A stretch of 64,000 nt of DNA from Actinomycetota bacterium (GTDB lineage: Bacteria; Actinomycetota; Thermoleophilia; RBG-16-64-13): positions 4,822 to 68,821 of the forward strand of contig DAIRFC010000004.1 of assembly GCA_036795215.1 (NCBI GenBank), in the 5' to 3' direction. Below, piece by piece: positions 9,096-20,934 of this stretch. Made by a program: the position numbers and the translations under genes. The number at the start of each line of letters is the position of its first letter. The first letter of the stretch is position 1. The notes beneath the pieces are model-generated. The model was not told the DNA's origin. It did not search any database and saw only the letters and a list, made by a program, of their open reading frames with translations.

Positions 9096-10073
9096 TCACG
9101 CGATGACGATCTCCTCGCCGGCCTTCAACGTCCGGTAGCGCTCGCCGAGCGCTTCCTTGAAGACTCCAAGGCTCCAGTCGCAGCTGTCGTGGGCCGAGAG
9201 CGCCACCAGACTTAGATCGAGACCGGCCAGGAGCGCCGCGGCCGCGCGGGCCTCTTCCCGAGTGATGCGCTGCCAGGGCAGCTTCCCATTGCCGATGATG
9301 TTCTGCCCGCCTTTTCCCACCCGCGAGCCCGTGACGGGGAAGTGCAGCCCACCCACCACTGCGTAGAGCGGAAGACCTGTGACCGCGCGGGCCCGCTCGA
9401 TCATGCGCGATAAGGATGGATGTCCGCAACCCACGATCAGCACCACGCCCTTGCCGGCCACATTGACGAGCAGGTTCTGCTCGAACACGGGGCCACTCAG
9501 CCAGATGGCCCGCATCAGCGGGCCGCTGCTGGCTACGCCCGGCGCCAGCCGGCGCGGCGACTTGATGACCGTCACCCGCCCCGTGGGATAGGCAAGCGGC
9601 GGCGGCAGGAAGATCCGGACACCCTCTAGATCGACGGGCCGCGCCGAGAGGGTGAATGTCTTGTTGGCCTGGGCCTCGCGGCCGCCCACGTGGTCCAGAT
9701 GGCCATGGGAGATGAAGAGCTCATCTATCTCGTCCAGCGACACCCCCAGGATCTTCATGTTGCGCAGGAGGGGTGAGGGGTGCTCGTTCCGCACGTTCCA
9801 GCCGACGTCGAAGAGCAGTCTCTCGTCGTCGAAGGTCACCAGATAGGAGACGCCCGCCTCCGTCGCCAGACCTTCTACGGCGGAGTAGTACTCCACCAAG
9901 GGGAGGATGGAGAGGCGGGTGACGGCGCCAAGACCGGTGATGGCCGAGGGTCGCTCCGTCGCCCACAGCCGGTCGGCCTGTCGTTTGTCGCGCCAGAACT
10001 CAAGGACGGTGTTCGGCCGGGCCATCCCCGAAGCGGCCCAGTAAGCGGCGTATTTCTTCTCGGTGAGCGACAT
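9096..10073 (-). CDS. MBL-fold metallo-hydrolase
   Basis: HxHxDH motif (SHGHLDHVGG). GAGGTG RBS 5 nt before ATG 10073. Confidence 0.8.
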   Translation of the reverse strand: MSLTEKKYAAYWAASGMARPNTVLEFWRDKRQADRLWATERPSAITGLGAVTRLSILPLVEYYSAVEGLATEAGVSYLVTFDDERLLFDVGWNVRNEHPSPLLRNMKILGVSLDEIDELFISHGHLDHVGGREAQANKTFTLSARPVDLEGVRIFLPPPLAYPTGRVTVIKSPRRLAPGVASSGPLMRAIWLSGPVFEQNLLVNVAGKGVVLIVGCGHPSLSRMIERARAVTGLPLYAVVGGLHFPVTGSRVGKGGQNIIGNGKLPWQRITREEARAAAALLAGLDLSLVALSAHDSCDWSLGVFKEALGERYRTLKAGEEIVIA

Positions 10074-10104
10074 CTTTCACCTCGTCTCTGCTACACGGTG
10101 GAGG

Positions 10105-10584
10105 TCACAAGGGTTCCCTTTCCCGGCGTACTGAGAAGAACTGTCGGAGCAACTCGGAGGCTTCGCTTGCCATGACCCCCGCGCGGACCTCAGGATGATG
10201 GTTGAGCGCGGGATGCTCGACGATGTTGAAGATGCTGCCGGCCGCTCCGGCCTTGGGATCGTCGGCCCCGTACACCAGCCTCTTGATCCGTGCCAGCACG
10301 ATGGCGCCGGCGCACATGGCACAGGGCTCCAGGGTGACGTAGAGGGTGGCTTCTCTCAGGCGCCAACCTCCAGCGATAGCCGCCGCGTCGCGCAGCGCGA
10401 GCATTTCAGCGTGGGCGGTGGGGTCGTGTCGGCGTTCGCGTTCGTTGCCGCGGGAGGAGAGGATCGTCCCGTCGATCACCACCAGGGCGCCGACCGGGAC
10501 TTCGCCCTGGGCGGCGGCCCTCCGTGCCTCGTCAAGGGCCAGTGCCATCAGGCGGTGGTCGTCGCTCTCTGAAGAGAAGGCCAC
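10105..10584 (-). CDS. tadA: tRNA adenosine(34) deaminase TadA
   Basis: CMP/dCMP deaminase zinc motifs HAEMLAL and PCAMCAGA. TadA-like N-terminus (..EGEVPVGA). GTG start with GAGAGGA RBS. Confidence 0.9.
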   Translation of the reverse strand: MAFSSESDDHRLMALALDEARRAAAQGEVPVGALVVIDGTILSSRGNERERRHDPTAHAEMLALRDAAAIAGGWRLREATLYVTLEPCAMCAGAIVLARIKRLVYGADDPKAGAAGSIFNIVEHPALNHHPEVRAGVMASEASELLRQFFSVRREREPL

Positions 10585-10726
10585 GGCTCGTTCCTCTCAT
10601 CCAAGTGGTCCTCTCCATTCTACAAGGACGCGCCATCGAGGTAAGTCGCGTGGACGGAGCGGTCCGACAGCGCCGGGACTTTGCTGCCCCGGCCTTGCTG
10701 CCGCGGCTCTTTGTTCCGGAGGCGCC

Positions 10727-10945
10727 CTAGGCCCGCGGGGTGCGCACCTCGCTCATGGTGCCGTCGGAATAGAGGATGTGTAGACCCCGCACCGTGTCCT
10801 CCCGGATATCCAGGTAGATGGCCCTGACGCCGTCTTGGGGCGCTCCGAACTCTATCTCCTGCCTTGTGACCGAGAACTTGCGGAAGGCCACATATCCGAC
10901 GGCCGCCATGAGTATCACGACGCTGACGATGGCCGGCATTATCAT
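10727..10945 (-). CDS. small membrane protein (hypothetical, 72 aa)
   Basis: Internal ATG 10945 (MIMPAIVSVVILMAAVGYVAF..) with GGGAGGGG RBS, one TM helix. The rest of the 200-aa ORF lacks support. Confidence 0.35.
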   Translation of the reverse strand: MIMPAIVSVVILMAAVGYVAFRKFSVTRQEIEFGAPQDGVRAIYLDIREDTVRGLHILYSDGTMSEVRTPRA

Positions 10946-11095
10946 CGAACCCCTCCCGTACTCGTTATCTTGTTGCGACAGTGAGCATAGCGGGCGCACC
11001 GGACAGGAAACCGCACTCTTGACGCCGGCGGCCCGGCGCTGGTAGGTTGCGGCTAGGGTTATCTCTTCGCAACCACTCTCCTCCGGGGGTCGACC

Positions 11096-11728
11096 ATGGC
11101 TCATATCGATTTCACCGACAACTACGAAGACCTCTCGACCGAAAGCGGATACCAGTTCAAGTTCATGTGCGAGCGATGCGGCAACGGCTACATGTCCAGC
11201 TGGAAGGCCAGCAAGAGCGGTATGGCCACCGGGTTGCTCAGGGGCGCCGGTAGTCTGCTGGGGGGTTTCCTGGGGAGCGCCGCCGACAGCGCCGATGACC
11301 TGCGAGATTTGGTGCAAGGCCCCGCCCACGATCGGGCTCTACAGGAGGCCGTTGCTGAGATACGGCCGCTCTTCGTGCAGTGCAAGCGATGTGGTCAATG
11401 GGTGTGTCGCGAGGTCTGCTGGAACGCCGAGAGAGGGCTCTGCACGGAGTGTGCGCCCATCACGCAACGGGAGATCGGCTCCATGCAGGCCCACTACACC
11501 GTAGAGCAGGCCGGGGAGAAGCTCCGTGAGCAGGATCTCACGGCCGGTCTCAACCTGACTGCCAAGGCGGTCGTCATTTGTCCCGCATGCGGAACGGAGA
11601 ACGATGGGGGCAAGTTCTGCCAGGAGTGCGGCGCATCCCTGCTGCCAACGATCGAATGTCCGCGTTGCGGGGCCCAGCTCAAAGCGCGCGCGAAATTCTG
11701 TCCAGAGTGCGGGAACAAGCTGGTCTGA
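11096..11728 (+). CDS. multi-zinc-ribbon domain protein (hypothetical)
   Basis: Four CxxC-containing modules, including two classical zinc ribbons at the C-terminus (CPACG..CQECG; CPRCG..CPECG). No enzymatic domain recognised. Confidence 0.65.
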   Translation: MAHIDFTDNYEDLSTESGYQFKFMCERCGNGYMSSWKASKSGMATGLLRGAGSLLGGFLGSAADSADDLRDLVQGPAHDRALQEAVAEIRPLFVQCKRCGQWVCREVCWNAERGLCTECAPITQREIGSMQAHYTVEQAGEKLREQDLTAGLNLTAKAVVICPACGTENDGGKFCQECGASLLPTIECPRCGAQLKARAKFCPECGNKLV

Positions 11729-12930
11729 TGACCCGAAAAGCCCGCTACAGTCTCGAGGGACGTTCCGGTCAGGCGGAGTGGTCGTTCGATGGGTCGTATC
11801 TCGGCCTGGTACCCGACGCCGGGCCTCCCATGTCGTTCTCGGTCCCTGAGTTCACGGGTATCGCGGGCGACGACTACACTATCGCGCTCACTGTGGCAGG
11901 GGCAGCGCCGGAAGGCAAGCTGGTGCTCTCTCACCTCGGGGCGGACGGACCGACGCTCCTCGACGGGCTGCGGCGGGCCTGGTTACCCGCCCGCGCACAG
12001 GTCCTCCGCCTGAGCGGATCCGGGGAGGGTAGGCCCTTCTCGGGGCAGGTGGCAGGGCTCGAGGGGCGGCCGCCCGAACCCTTTCGGGGCCTACTTTTTG
12101 AGGAAGTGCTCGTGGTGGCCCGCGATGGGTTCGATCTGGATCCTCTCTTTCTGGCCCTCTTCGGGAGCGTGGAACACGACGAGTCCACCTATACCGTCAG
12201 GGTGCGGCAGTGGCCGGGTGAGCAGGTGGTGTTCTCGAAGATGGCGGGGCAGACCGACGAGTTTGCGAGATGGTTGCAGACCAATAGAGCAGAGTTGGCC
12301 GAGGAGTCGGCGGCGATCTTGGCCGCGGGGGCGCCGACGCTGCCGTTGGGTCCGAGAGGCATGCTCGCGGGGATGTGGCTGCCGGGACGGCTTATGGAGC
12401 TCGAGGCCATGGAGGCCGTGTGCCCGGGCGTCATCGAAGCCTTCCGGGGTGCGTGGCTTGCGAGCCTGCCCCGGCATGATGAAGGCGAACACCTGCTGGG
12501 GTGGGCGGCCGGCGGTTCGACGTGGGTGGGTTGCACACGCGGGTCGGGCGGCGGCGCACAGGATGGGGCCACCGCGGGGACCGCTCCGGGCGCGGGCGCG
12601 GAAGGTCACCTATGGCTTCTCTGCGGCAAGAACGGCGTGTGGTTCTTGGAAGCGTTGTCCATCGAAGACCGGGCCACGTACTGCTTCACCGGCGGTGAAG
12701 AGGTGCCGGCGCTGGTTTCACGGCTCCTTTGCGCGCCTCAGTTCTCTCGCGAGGCCCTGTACAGCCCGCTTGCCGAGCTGACCGGGGAGAGCGCCGATCT
12801 CGCGATCGCGGCTCAGGCCCTGGACTTCTTGGTGGAACTACGGCGCCGCTTCAAAGACCGGGTGATCCATCAGACCACAGAAGGCTGGAAACGAGACGTC
12901 GGAAGACTCGGCGACGACGCGCGAATTTGA
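11728..12930 (+). CDS. hypothetical protein (400 aa), translationally coupled to zinc-ribbon gene
   Basis: ATG 11728 overlaps the upstream stop (TGATG). No recognisable domain. Coding-like codon usage over the whole length. Followed by a bidirectional terminator. Confidence 0.55.
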   Translation: MTRKARYSLEGRSGQAEWSFDGSYLGLVPDAGPPMSFSVPEFTGIAGDDYTIALTVAGAAPEGKLVLSHLGADGPTLLDGLRRAWLPARAQVLRLSGSGEGRPFSGQVAGLEGRPPEPFRGLLFEEVLVVARDGFDLDPLFLALFGSVEHDESTYTVRVRQWPGEQVVFSKMAGQTDEFARWLQTNRAELAEESAAILAAGAPTLPLGPRGMLAGMWLPGRLMELEAMEAVCPGVIEAFRGAWLASLPRHDEGEHLLGWAAGGSTWVGCTRGSGGGAQDGATAGTAPGAGAEGHLWLLCGKNGVWFLEALSIEDRATYCFTGGEEVPALVSRLLCAPQFSREALYSPLAELTGESADLAIAAQALDFLVELRRRFKDRVIHQTTEGWKRDVGRLGDDARI

Positions 12931-12995
12931 CAGTGGGCGCCCGGGGGAGCCCCTTCGCCCCCGGCACTGAGAGGTAGCGACGCGCCCTTGCAGAC

Positions 12996-13027
12996 AAAAA
13001 GCGAGCCCCGAGCGAACTCGCTTTGCG
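12996..13027. terminator. bidirectional rho-independent terminator between convergent genes
   Basis: AAAAAGCGAG-CCCCGAGCGAA-CTCGCTTTG: a GC stem flanked by an A-tract on one side and a T-tract on the other. Lies between the hypothetical gene (+) and carB (-). Confidence 0.55.
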
Positions 13028-13273
13028 CCTTTCAACAGTTCTCACTTCGTCCCCGCTTCGCTGTAATCCGCGGTCATTTGTCTCCGCGTTTCCTCTGCGG
13101 GTCCCCTTGTAAGCACCTCAGACGCTGCGTCTGAACTCTCGGGACTCTGGTAATGATTCTAGACTTCTTTTCGAGGAAGTCAATGGACCTGCAGCCCTTC
13201 GCGAACAGGAAAACATCGCTCCCAGCGGGTGCCCGCAGCGGCCTCGATATTCGCTCAGAGCGGCCCCGTCTTC

Positions 13274-16582
<3,309 letters not shown>

Positions 16583-16764
16583 GCGAACTCCTCTCGACTG
16601 CACGGAACATGACGCGGGGCGCGGTCTCCAACCATGGACGCACCTGGGAGCGCGCGCGAGGACGCCTCACTCCGCCGACGATTCTACCGTGGGCGACGAC
16701 CTACGCATAGGCGGCCGCGAAGCCTTCGTGTTTTCCCGCCGACCGGCGGGAGAGGCTAGGAGCC

Positions 16765-17547
16765 TCAGCCTCCGCAACCCGCCGTCGTGGTGGTCGACTC
16801 CGTGGGGGGCGGTGGGTCGGTGACCGTCGTGGCGGCGGGCTGGGTGGTGGTCGTCTCGGGCCAGAGCAAGACCATGAGGTTGTAGAGCACCCGGGCGACT
16901 TCGCCACGGGTCATGCTCATGGTGGGGTCGAGCGTGTCGAGATCCAGCTCCTGGAGGAGCGAGTTGTACTCAGCTCTGGCCGCGTTGGCTCCGTGAGTGA
17001 CATCGTTGCCCCAGATGCCCGTCGCTCGCCAATCATCCGGTGGAGTGGCCAGGAGACCCGGCTGCAGATCGTCGGCTGCTCTCACAACCATACTGATCAC
17101 CTGATGGCGTGTGATGTTGCCGTAGGGGTCGAAGGTGGTCTGCGTCTTCCCGGTCGTTATGCCCTTGGCTGCGCATACCGCCACATAGTTGTCTGGGTAG
17201 AGCGTCTCGGGTCCGCCCTTGAGCACGTCGGCGAAGGGGCACTCGTCGGCTTCGGAGACCTGGTATCCACCGGCCAGCACGATCATCTTGGCGAACTGTT
17301 GCCGCGTCACCTCGCCGTCGGGACCGAATTCACCGGTCACATAGCCGTCGACGATCTGATGGAGCGCAAGGTAGCTTATGGCGTCGTGGTGCGGGTGAGT
17401 ATCCGGGACGTCGGGAAAACTGGGTGCAACGGCCAACGTGAACGGAGCCAGCGCCGCGACGAGTGCCAGCGCCAGGAGCACGGCGCATATCGCCCCCGTC
17501 AGGCGCCGGTGGGCTCTGCCCAACCTCTTGCGGCCGCTGAGTTTCAT
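16765..17547 (-). CDS. secreted SLH-domain protein
   Basis: Signal peptide MKLSGRKRLG..ALALVAALA followed by SLH repeats (FPDVPDTHPHH..; ECPFADV..YPDNYVAVCAAKGITTGKT..). Lies directly downstream of the kelch lipoprotein gene. Confidence 0.7.
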   Translation of the reverse strand: MKLSGRKRLGRAHRRLTGAICAVLLALALVAALAPFTLAVAPSFPDVPDTHPHHDAISYLALHQIVDGYVTGEFGPDGEVTRQQFAKMIVLAGGYQVSEADECPFADVLKGGPETLYPDNYVAVCAAKGITTGKTQTTFDPYGNITRHQVISMVVRAADDLQPGLLATPPDDWRATGIWGNDVTHGANAARAEYNSLLQELDLDTLDPTMSMTRGEVARVLYNLMVLLWPETTTTQPAATTVTDPPPPTESTTTTAGCGG

Positions 17548-17554
17548 CGCCGGC

Positions 17555-18634
17555 TCAACCTTCTCCATTCCAGCTCCATGTGTCGTTGAGATATTCGACC
17601 TCATTCCAACCTCCAAAAACCAGCGCCGTGTTGTTAGTGGAGTCGTACACCATCGAGTGGCCGTTGCGCGCGGGCGGTGTGGCGCCGGCCGGCTTCACGA
17701 GGGTCCATGTGTTGGTGTCGGGCTCGTACGATCGCAGATCGCCCAAGAAGCTGTCGCGCGTGTTGCCTCCGAAGAGGAGGAGGTCGCCGCTGCGGGAGTC
17801 GTACACCATGCGGTGGCCCGCCCGTGGCTGCGGCACGTCGCCGATGGTATCGAGGCTGGCCCAGGAGTCGGCAGTGGGGTCGAATACCCAAGTGCTGCTG
17901 AGGAACACGCGGCTGTCCCAGCCACCCGACACGAAGACCTTGCCGGAGGCTTCGTCGTAGACCATGGCGTGGCCATAGCGCTCCGTGGGGGTTTCTCCCG
18001 CGGTCTCGAGCAGAGCCCAGGTGTTCTGGGCGCTATCGTAGGCCCACGTGTCGTTCAGGAAGCTGTCTTGGTCTCTGCCTCCGAAGAGGATCACCATCCC
18101 GTGAGCGGAGTCATAGACCATGTTCTGTCCCACACGTTCGGAGGGAAGCGCGCCGCCCGGCCTGAGCTCCACCCAGGTGTTCGTCTCCCGGTCATACTCC
18201 CAGGTGTCGCTCAGGAAAGCCTCGGTGCTGGTGCCACCGTAGAGGACAGCCTTTCCTCTTGCCGAGTCGTAGACCATCGAGGCGGCGCAACGTTCGGGGG
18301 GCACGCTGCCCGTGGGCTGCAGTTCCATCCAGGTGTTGGTTGCCGCATCGTACTCCCAGGTGTCGTCGAAGAAGCTCTTGCTGTCGGTGCCCCCGAAGAG
18401 GAGCACCTTGCCGGTCTTCGAGTCGTACACCATGGCTTGGCCTGCGCGGGGCTCGGGCACATCACCCGTGGGAGCGAGATCAGTCCAGCCGGGCGATGAT
18501 CCTTCGCCTGCCGCGGGCCCGGGGGCTGCGGTCACGACGGTCGTGGTGGTGGCCGTCTCCGAGTCGCATGCTGCGCCGCTGAGGGCAAGGGCGCAACATA
18601 TAGCCAGAAGAACGGCGAAACGCAGCTTGTTCAC
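17555..18634 (-). CDS. kelch-repeat (beta-propeller) lipoprotein
   Basis: Lipobox ..LALSGAAC. Six kelch-type repeats (..PRAGQAMVYD..W.YD..). GTG start. Confidence 0.7.
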   Translation of the reverse strand: MNKLRFAVLLAICCALALSGAACDSETATTTTVVTAAPGPAAGEGSSPGWTDLAPTGDVPEPRAGQAMVYDSKTGKVLLFGGTDSKSFFDDTWEYDAATNTWMELQPTGSVPPERCAASMVYDSARGKAVLYGGTSTEAFLSDTWEYDRETNTWVELRPGGALPSERVGQNMVYDSAHGMVILFGGRDQDSFLNDTWAYDSAQNTWALLETAGETPTERYGHAMVYDEASGKVFVSGGWDSRVFLSSTWVFDPTADSWASLDTIGDVPQPRAGHRMVYDSRSGDLLLFGGNTRDSFLGDLRSYEPDTNTWTLVKPAGATPPARNGHSMVYDSTNNTALVFGGWNEVEYLNDTWSWNGEG

Positions 18635-18664
18635 GACGCGCTCTCTTTCCCCTAGGGAGAAACG

Positions 18665-18695
18665 CCGAGCCCCGCATGTTGCGGGGCTCTTTTCC
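18665..18695. terminator. GC-rich hairpin with T-run, terminator-like
   Basis: GAGCCCCGCATGTTGCGGGGCTC followed by TTTTCC. Lies between the kelch gene start and the tRNA-Arg 3' end. Strand assignment is ambiguous. Confidence 0.4.
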
Positions 18696-18697
18696 AG

Positions 18698-18771
18698 CGC
18701 GCCTGACGCGACTCGAACGCGTGACCTTTGGTTTCGTAGACCAACGCTCTATCCAACTGAGCTACAGGCGC
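18698..18771 (-). tRNA. tRNA-Arg (anticodon ACG)
   Basis: Reverse complement GCGCCTG-TA-GCTCAGTTGGATAGAGC-GTTGGTCTACGAAACCAAA(ACG loop)-GGTCACGCGTTCGAGTCGCGTC-CAGGCGC-G. Confidence 0.85.
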
Positions 18772-18808
18772 ATATTTCAGTCCGCCGACCCAGTCCCGGC
18801 AGCCCGAG

Positions 18809-18899
18809 CGGAGAAGGAGGGATTCGAACCCTCGGAAGGAGCATTCACTCCTTCACTCGCTTAGCAGGCGAGCGCCTTCAGCCTCTCGGCCACTTCTCC
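18809..18899 (-). tRNA. tRNA-Ser (anticodon GCT), class II
   Basis: Reverse complement GGAGAAG-TG-GCCGAGAGGCTGAAGGC..CTGCTAA loop..long variable arm..GGTTCGAATCCCTC-CTTCTCC-G. Confidence 0.85.
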
Positions 18900-19092
18900 A
18901 TCTGGCGACGAGGCTCGCCGCCTCAGCGAACGGATATTCTAGCAGAGCAGAACGGCAACGTCGCTCGGCGCGTGTGCGACCCAAGCGGTTCGGCATGTCC
19001 GTGGCCCGGGATGGGTATGTAGAAGCTGCACGGACACCCTCGTCCGACGTATAGCCATTGAGTCAGGATAGCCATACAGTCAGGAGAAGACC

Positions 19093-19302
19093 ATGAAGCT
19101 CAGCGCGAGAAACGTTCTGGAGGGGACCATCAAAAGCGTGGATCATGGAGCGGTCAATTCAGAGGTGGTATTGGAGTTGGCCGATGGAGTGCAGGTAGTC
19201 TCCATCATCACCAAGCACTCCGCGGAAGACCTCAAGCTGCAGCCGGGGTCCAAGGCATACGCCGTGATCAAGGCCAGCAACGTGATGATCGCCGTGGACT
19301 GA
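19093..19302 (+). CDS. molybdopterin/molybdate-binding Mop (TOBE) domain protein
   Basis: 69 aa. MKLSARNVLEGTIKSV..AVIKASNVMIAV is the Mop/TOBE signature. AGGAG RBS. Confidence 0.8.
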   Translation: MKLSARNVLEGTIKSVDHGAVNSEVVLELADGVQVVSIITKHSAEDLKLQPGSKAYAVIKASNVMIAVD

Positions 19303-19420
19303 GCAACTGCGGGAGCCGCACGGGCTTCAAACGGACGACCTACGGGACTCCGTGGGCAGGATGGGCTTTCCCGGCCGCGAATGTCAGTCCCAAAGGACCA
19401 CGGGTCGTTTGGAGGTTGAG

Positions 19421-19630
19421 ATGTCCGGATTGTTGAAGACCATCGAGGCGCTCGCAGTGGTTGCCGCGCTCGTTGCCGGCGGACTGGCCATATGGAACCG
19501 CCGGGACAAAGTGAAGGAGACGTTGGACTCTCTGGGAGGCGTCGAGGGGATCGCCAATACGGCGGGTAGGCTGGCCGAAAACGCCGGGCCGGTGCGGGAC
19601 TTTGTGAACCAGTTGACTCATTTGAAGTAG
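19421..19630 (+). CDS. small membrane protein (hypothetical, 69 aa)
   Basis: Internal ATG 19421 with GGAGG RBS. One TM helix (LAVVAALVAGGLAIW). Confidence 0.4.
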   Translation: MSGLLKTIEALAVVAALVAGGLAIWNRRDKVKETLDSLGGVEGIANTAGRLAENAGPVRDFVNQLTHLK

Positions 19631-19750
19631 AAGCACAACCGGAGCCGGGATCAGACCCGAGGGGTGGAGGCACCCCTCGCCGGTCTGTGGCTGCGGTATC
19701 CTTTCCGGCAGATGATGACTTCGCCATGATTTGTACGGAAGGACGTTCTG

Positions 19751-20899
19751 ATGAAACCTAGCACCCGCCCCGCCAACCCGTGTTTCTCCTCCGGCCCCAC
19801 CGCCAAGCGGCCTGGATGGAGCCCCGGGGTCTTGGAGGGCGCCTTGGTGGGCCGGTCGCACCGCTCGAAGGCCGGGCGGGCTCGTATCCAAGAGGTGATC
19901 GACCGGTCTCGTGCGCTGCTGGGAGTGCCCGACGACTACTACCTCGGTATCGTGCCTGCCTCCGACACCGGGGCCATGGAGATGGCCATGTGGTCGCTGC
20001 TGGGGGCACGCGGGGTGGACGCCCTTGCTTGGGAGAGTTTCGGTCAAGGCTGGGTGACCGACATCACCAAGCAGCTCAAGCTTTCCGACGCGCGCGTGCT
20101 CGCTACCGATTACGGCAAGCTCCCCGATCTGGCGCAGGTCGACTGGGACCGTGACGTGGTCTTCGCCTGGAACGGCACTACGTCTGGAGTCCGGGTCCCC
20201 GGCGCCGACTGGATCGCCGACGACCGCCGCGGTCTTGCCCTCTGTGACGCCACCTCCGCGGTCTTTGCCATGGATGTGCCCATCGCCAAGCTGGATGTGG
20301 TCACCTACTCCTGGCAGAAGGTGCTGGGTGGCGAGGCCCAACACGGCGTGCTGATACTCAGCCCCCGGGCGGTGGAGCGCCTGGAGACCTACACGCCTGC
20401 GTGGCCACTGCCCAAGATCTTTCGCATGACGAAGAGCGGCAAGTTCATGGAGGCCATCTTCCACGCCGACACCATCAACACACCGTCGATGCTGGTGGTC
20501 GAGGACGGCCTGGACGGCCTCAAATGGGCCGAGGGTCTGGGCGGCCTACCCGGACTGATACAGCGGAGCGAGGCGAACCTCGCGGCCGTGGCAGCCTGGG
20601 TGGAGCGCACTCCCTGGGTGGACTTCTTGGCGGAGGACCCCGCGACGCGGTCGTGCACGTCCATTTGCCTCAAGATCATCGACCCTTGGTTCGCCGAGCT
20701 CAGCGCCGAAGAACGGCCGGCCGCCGCGAAGAAGATAGCCTCGCTACTCGAGGGCGAGGGAGTGGCCTACGACGTCGCGCCCTATCGCGAAGCCCCTCCC
20801 GGCATCCGCATCTGGGGCGGAGCGACCGTGGAACGCTCCGATCTCGAAGCGCTCTTCCCGTGGCTCGACTGGGCCTACGCGGAGGTCAAGGGCAGCTAG
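19751..20899 (+). CDS. serC: phosphoserine aminotransferase (actinobacterial-type SerC)
   Basis: PLP class-V aminotransferase fold with ..FSSGPTAK.. N-terminus and the [10 protein letters not shown] lysine region. GGAAGGA RBS. Confidence 0.8.
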   Translation: MKPSTRPANPCFSSGPTAKRPGWSPGVLEGALVGRSHRSKAGRARIQEVIDRSRALLGVPDDYYLGIVPASDTGAMEMAMWSLLGARGVDALAWESFGQGWVTDITKQLKLSDARVLATDYGKLPDLAQVDWDRDVVFAWNGTTSGVRVPGADWIADDRRGLALCDATSAVFAMDVPIAKLDVVTYSWQKVLGGEAQHGVLILSPRAVERLETYTPAWPLPKIFRMTKSGKFMEAIFHADTINTPSMLVVEDGLDGLKWAEGLGGLPGLIQRSEANLAAVAAWVERTPWVDFLAEDPATRSCTSICLKIIDPWFAELSAEERPAAAKKIASLLEGEGVAYDVAPYREAPPGIRIWGGATVERSDLEALFPWLDWAYAEVKGS

Positions 20900-20934
20900 A
20901 GCGCCGACGAGCGTCTTCCACCGGCAGGTCTCTC

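Noticed and set aside
8863-9429. 188-aa - strand ORF spanning the CDF remnant and the 3' end of the MBL-hydrolase gene
   Set aside because: Overlaps a well-supported gene in another frame. Only a short TM-like stretch is meaningful, and that is treated as part of the CDF pseudogene.
16700-16764. GC hairpin CCCGCCGACCGGCGGG downstream of the short SLH gene
   Set aside because: No U-tract on either strand, so not called as a terminator.
18312-19022. 236-aa + strand ORF across the two tandem tRNA genes
   Set aside because: Passes through tRNA-Arg and tRNA-Ser on the opposite strand. Not coding.
19340-20464. 374-aa - strand ORF opposite serC and the small membrane gene
   Set aside because: Antisense to serC. 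No start-site support.
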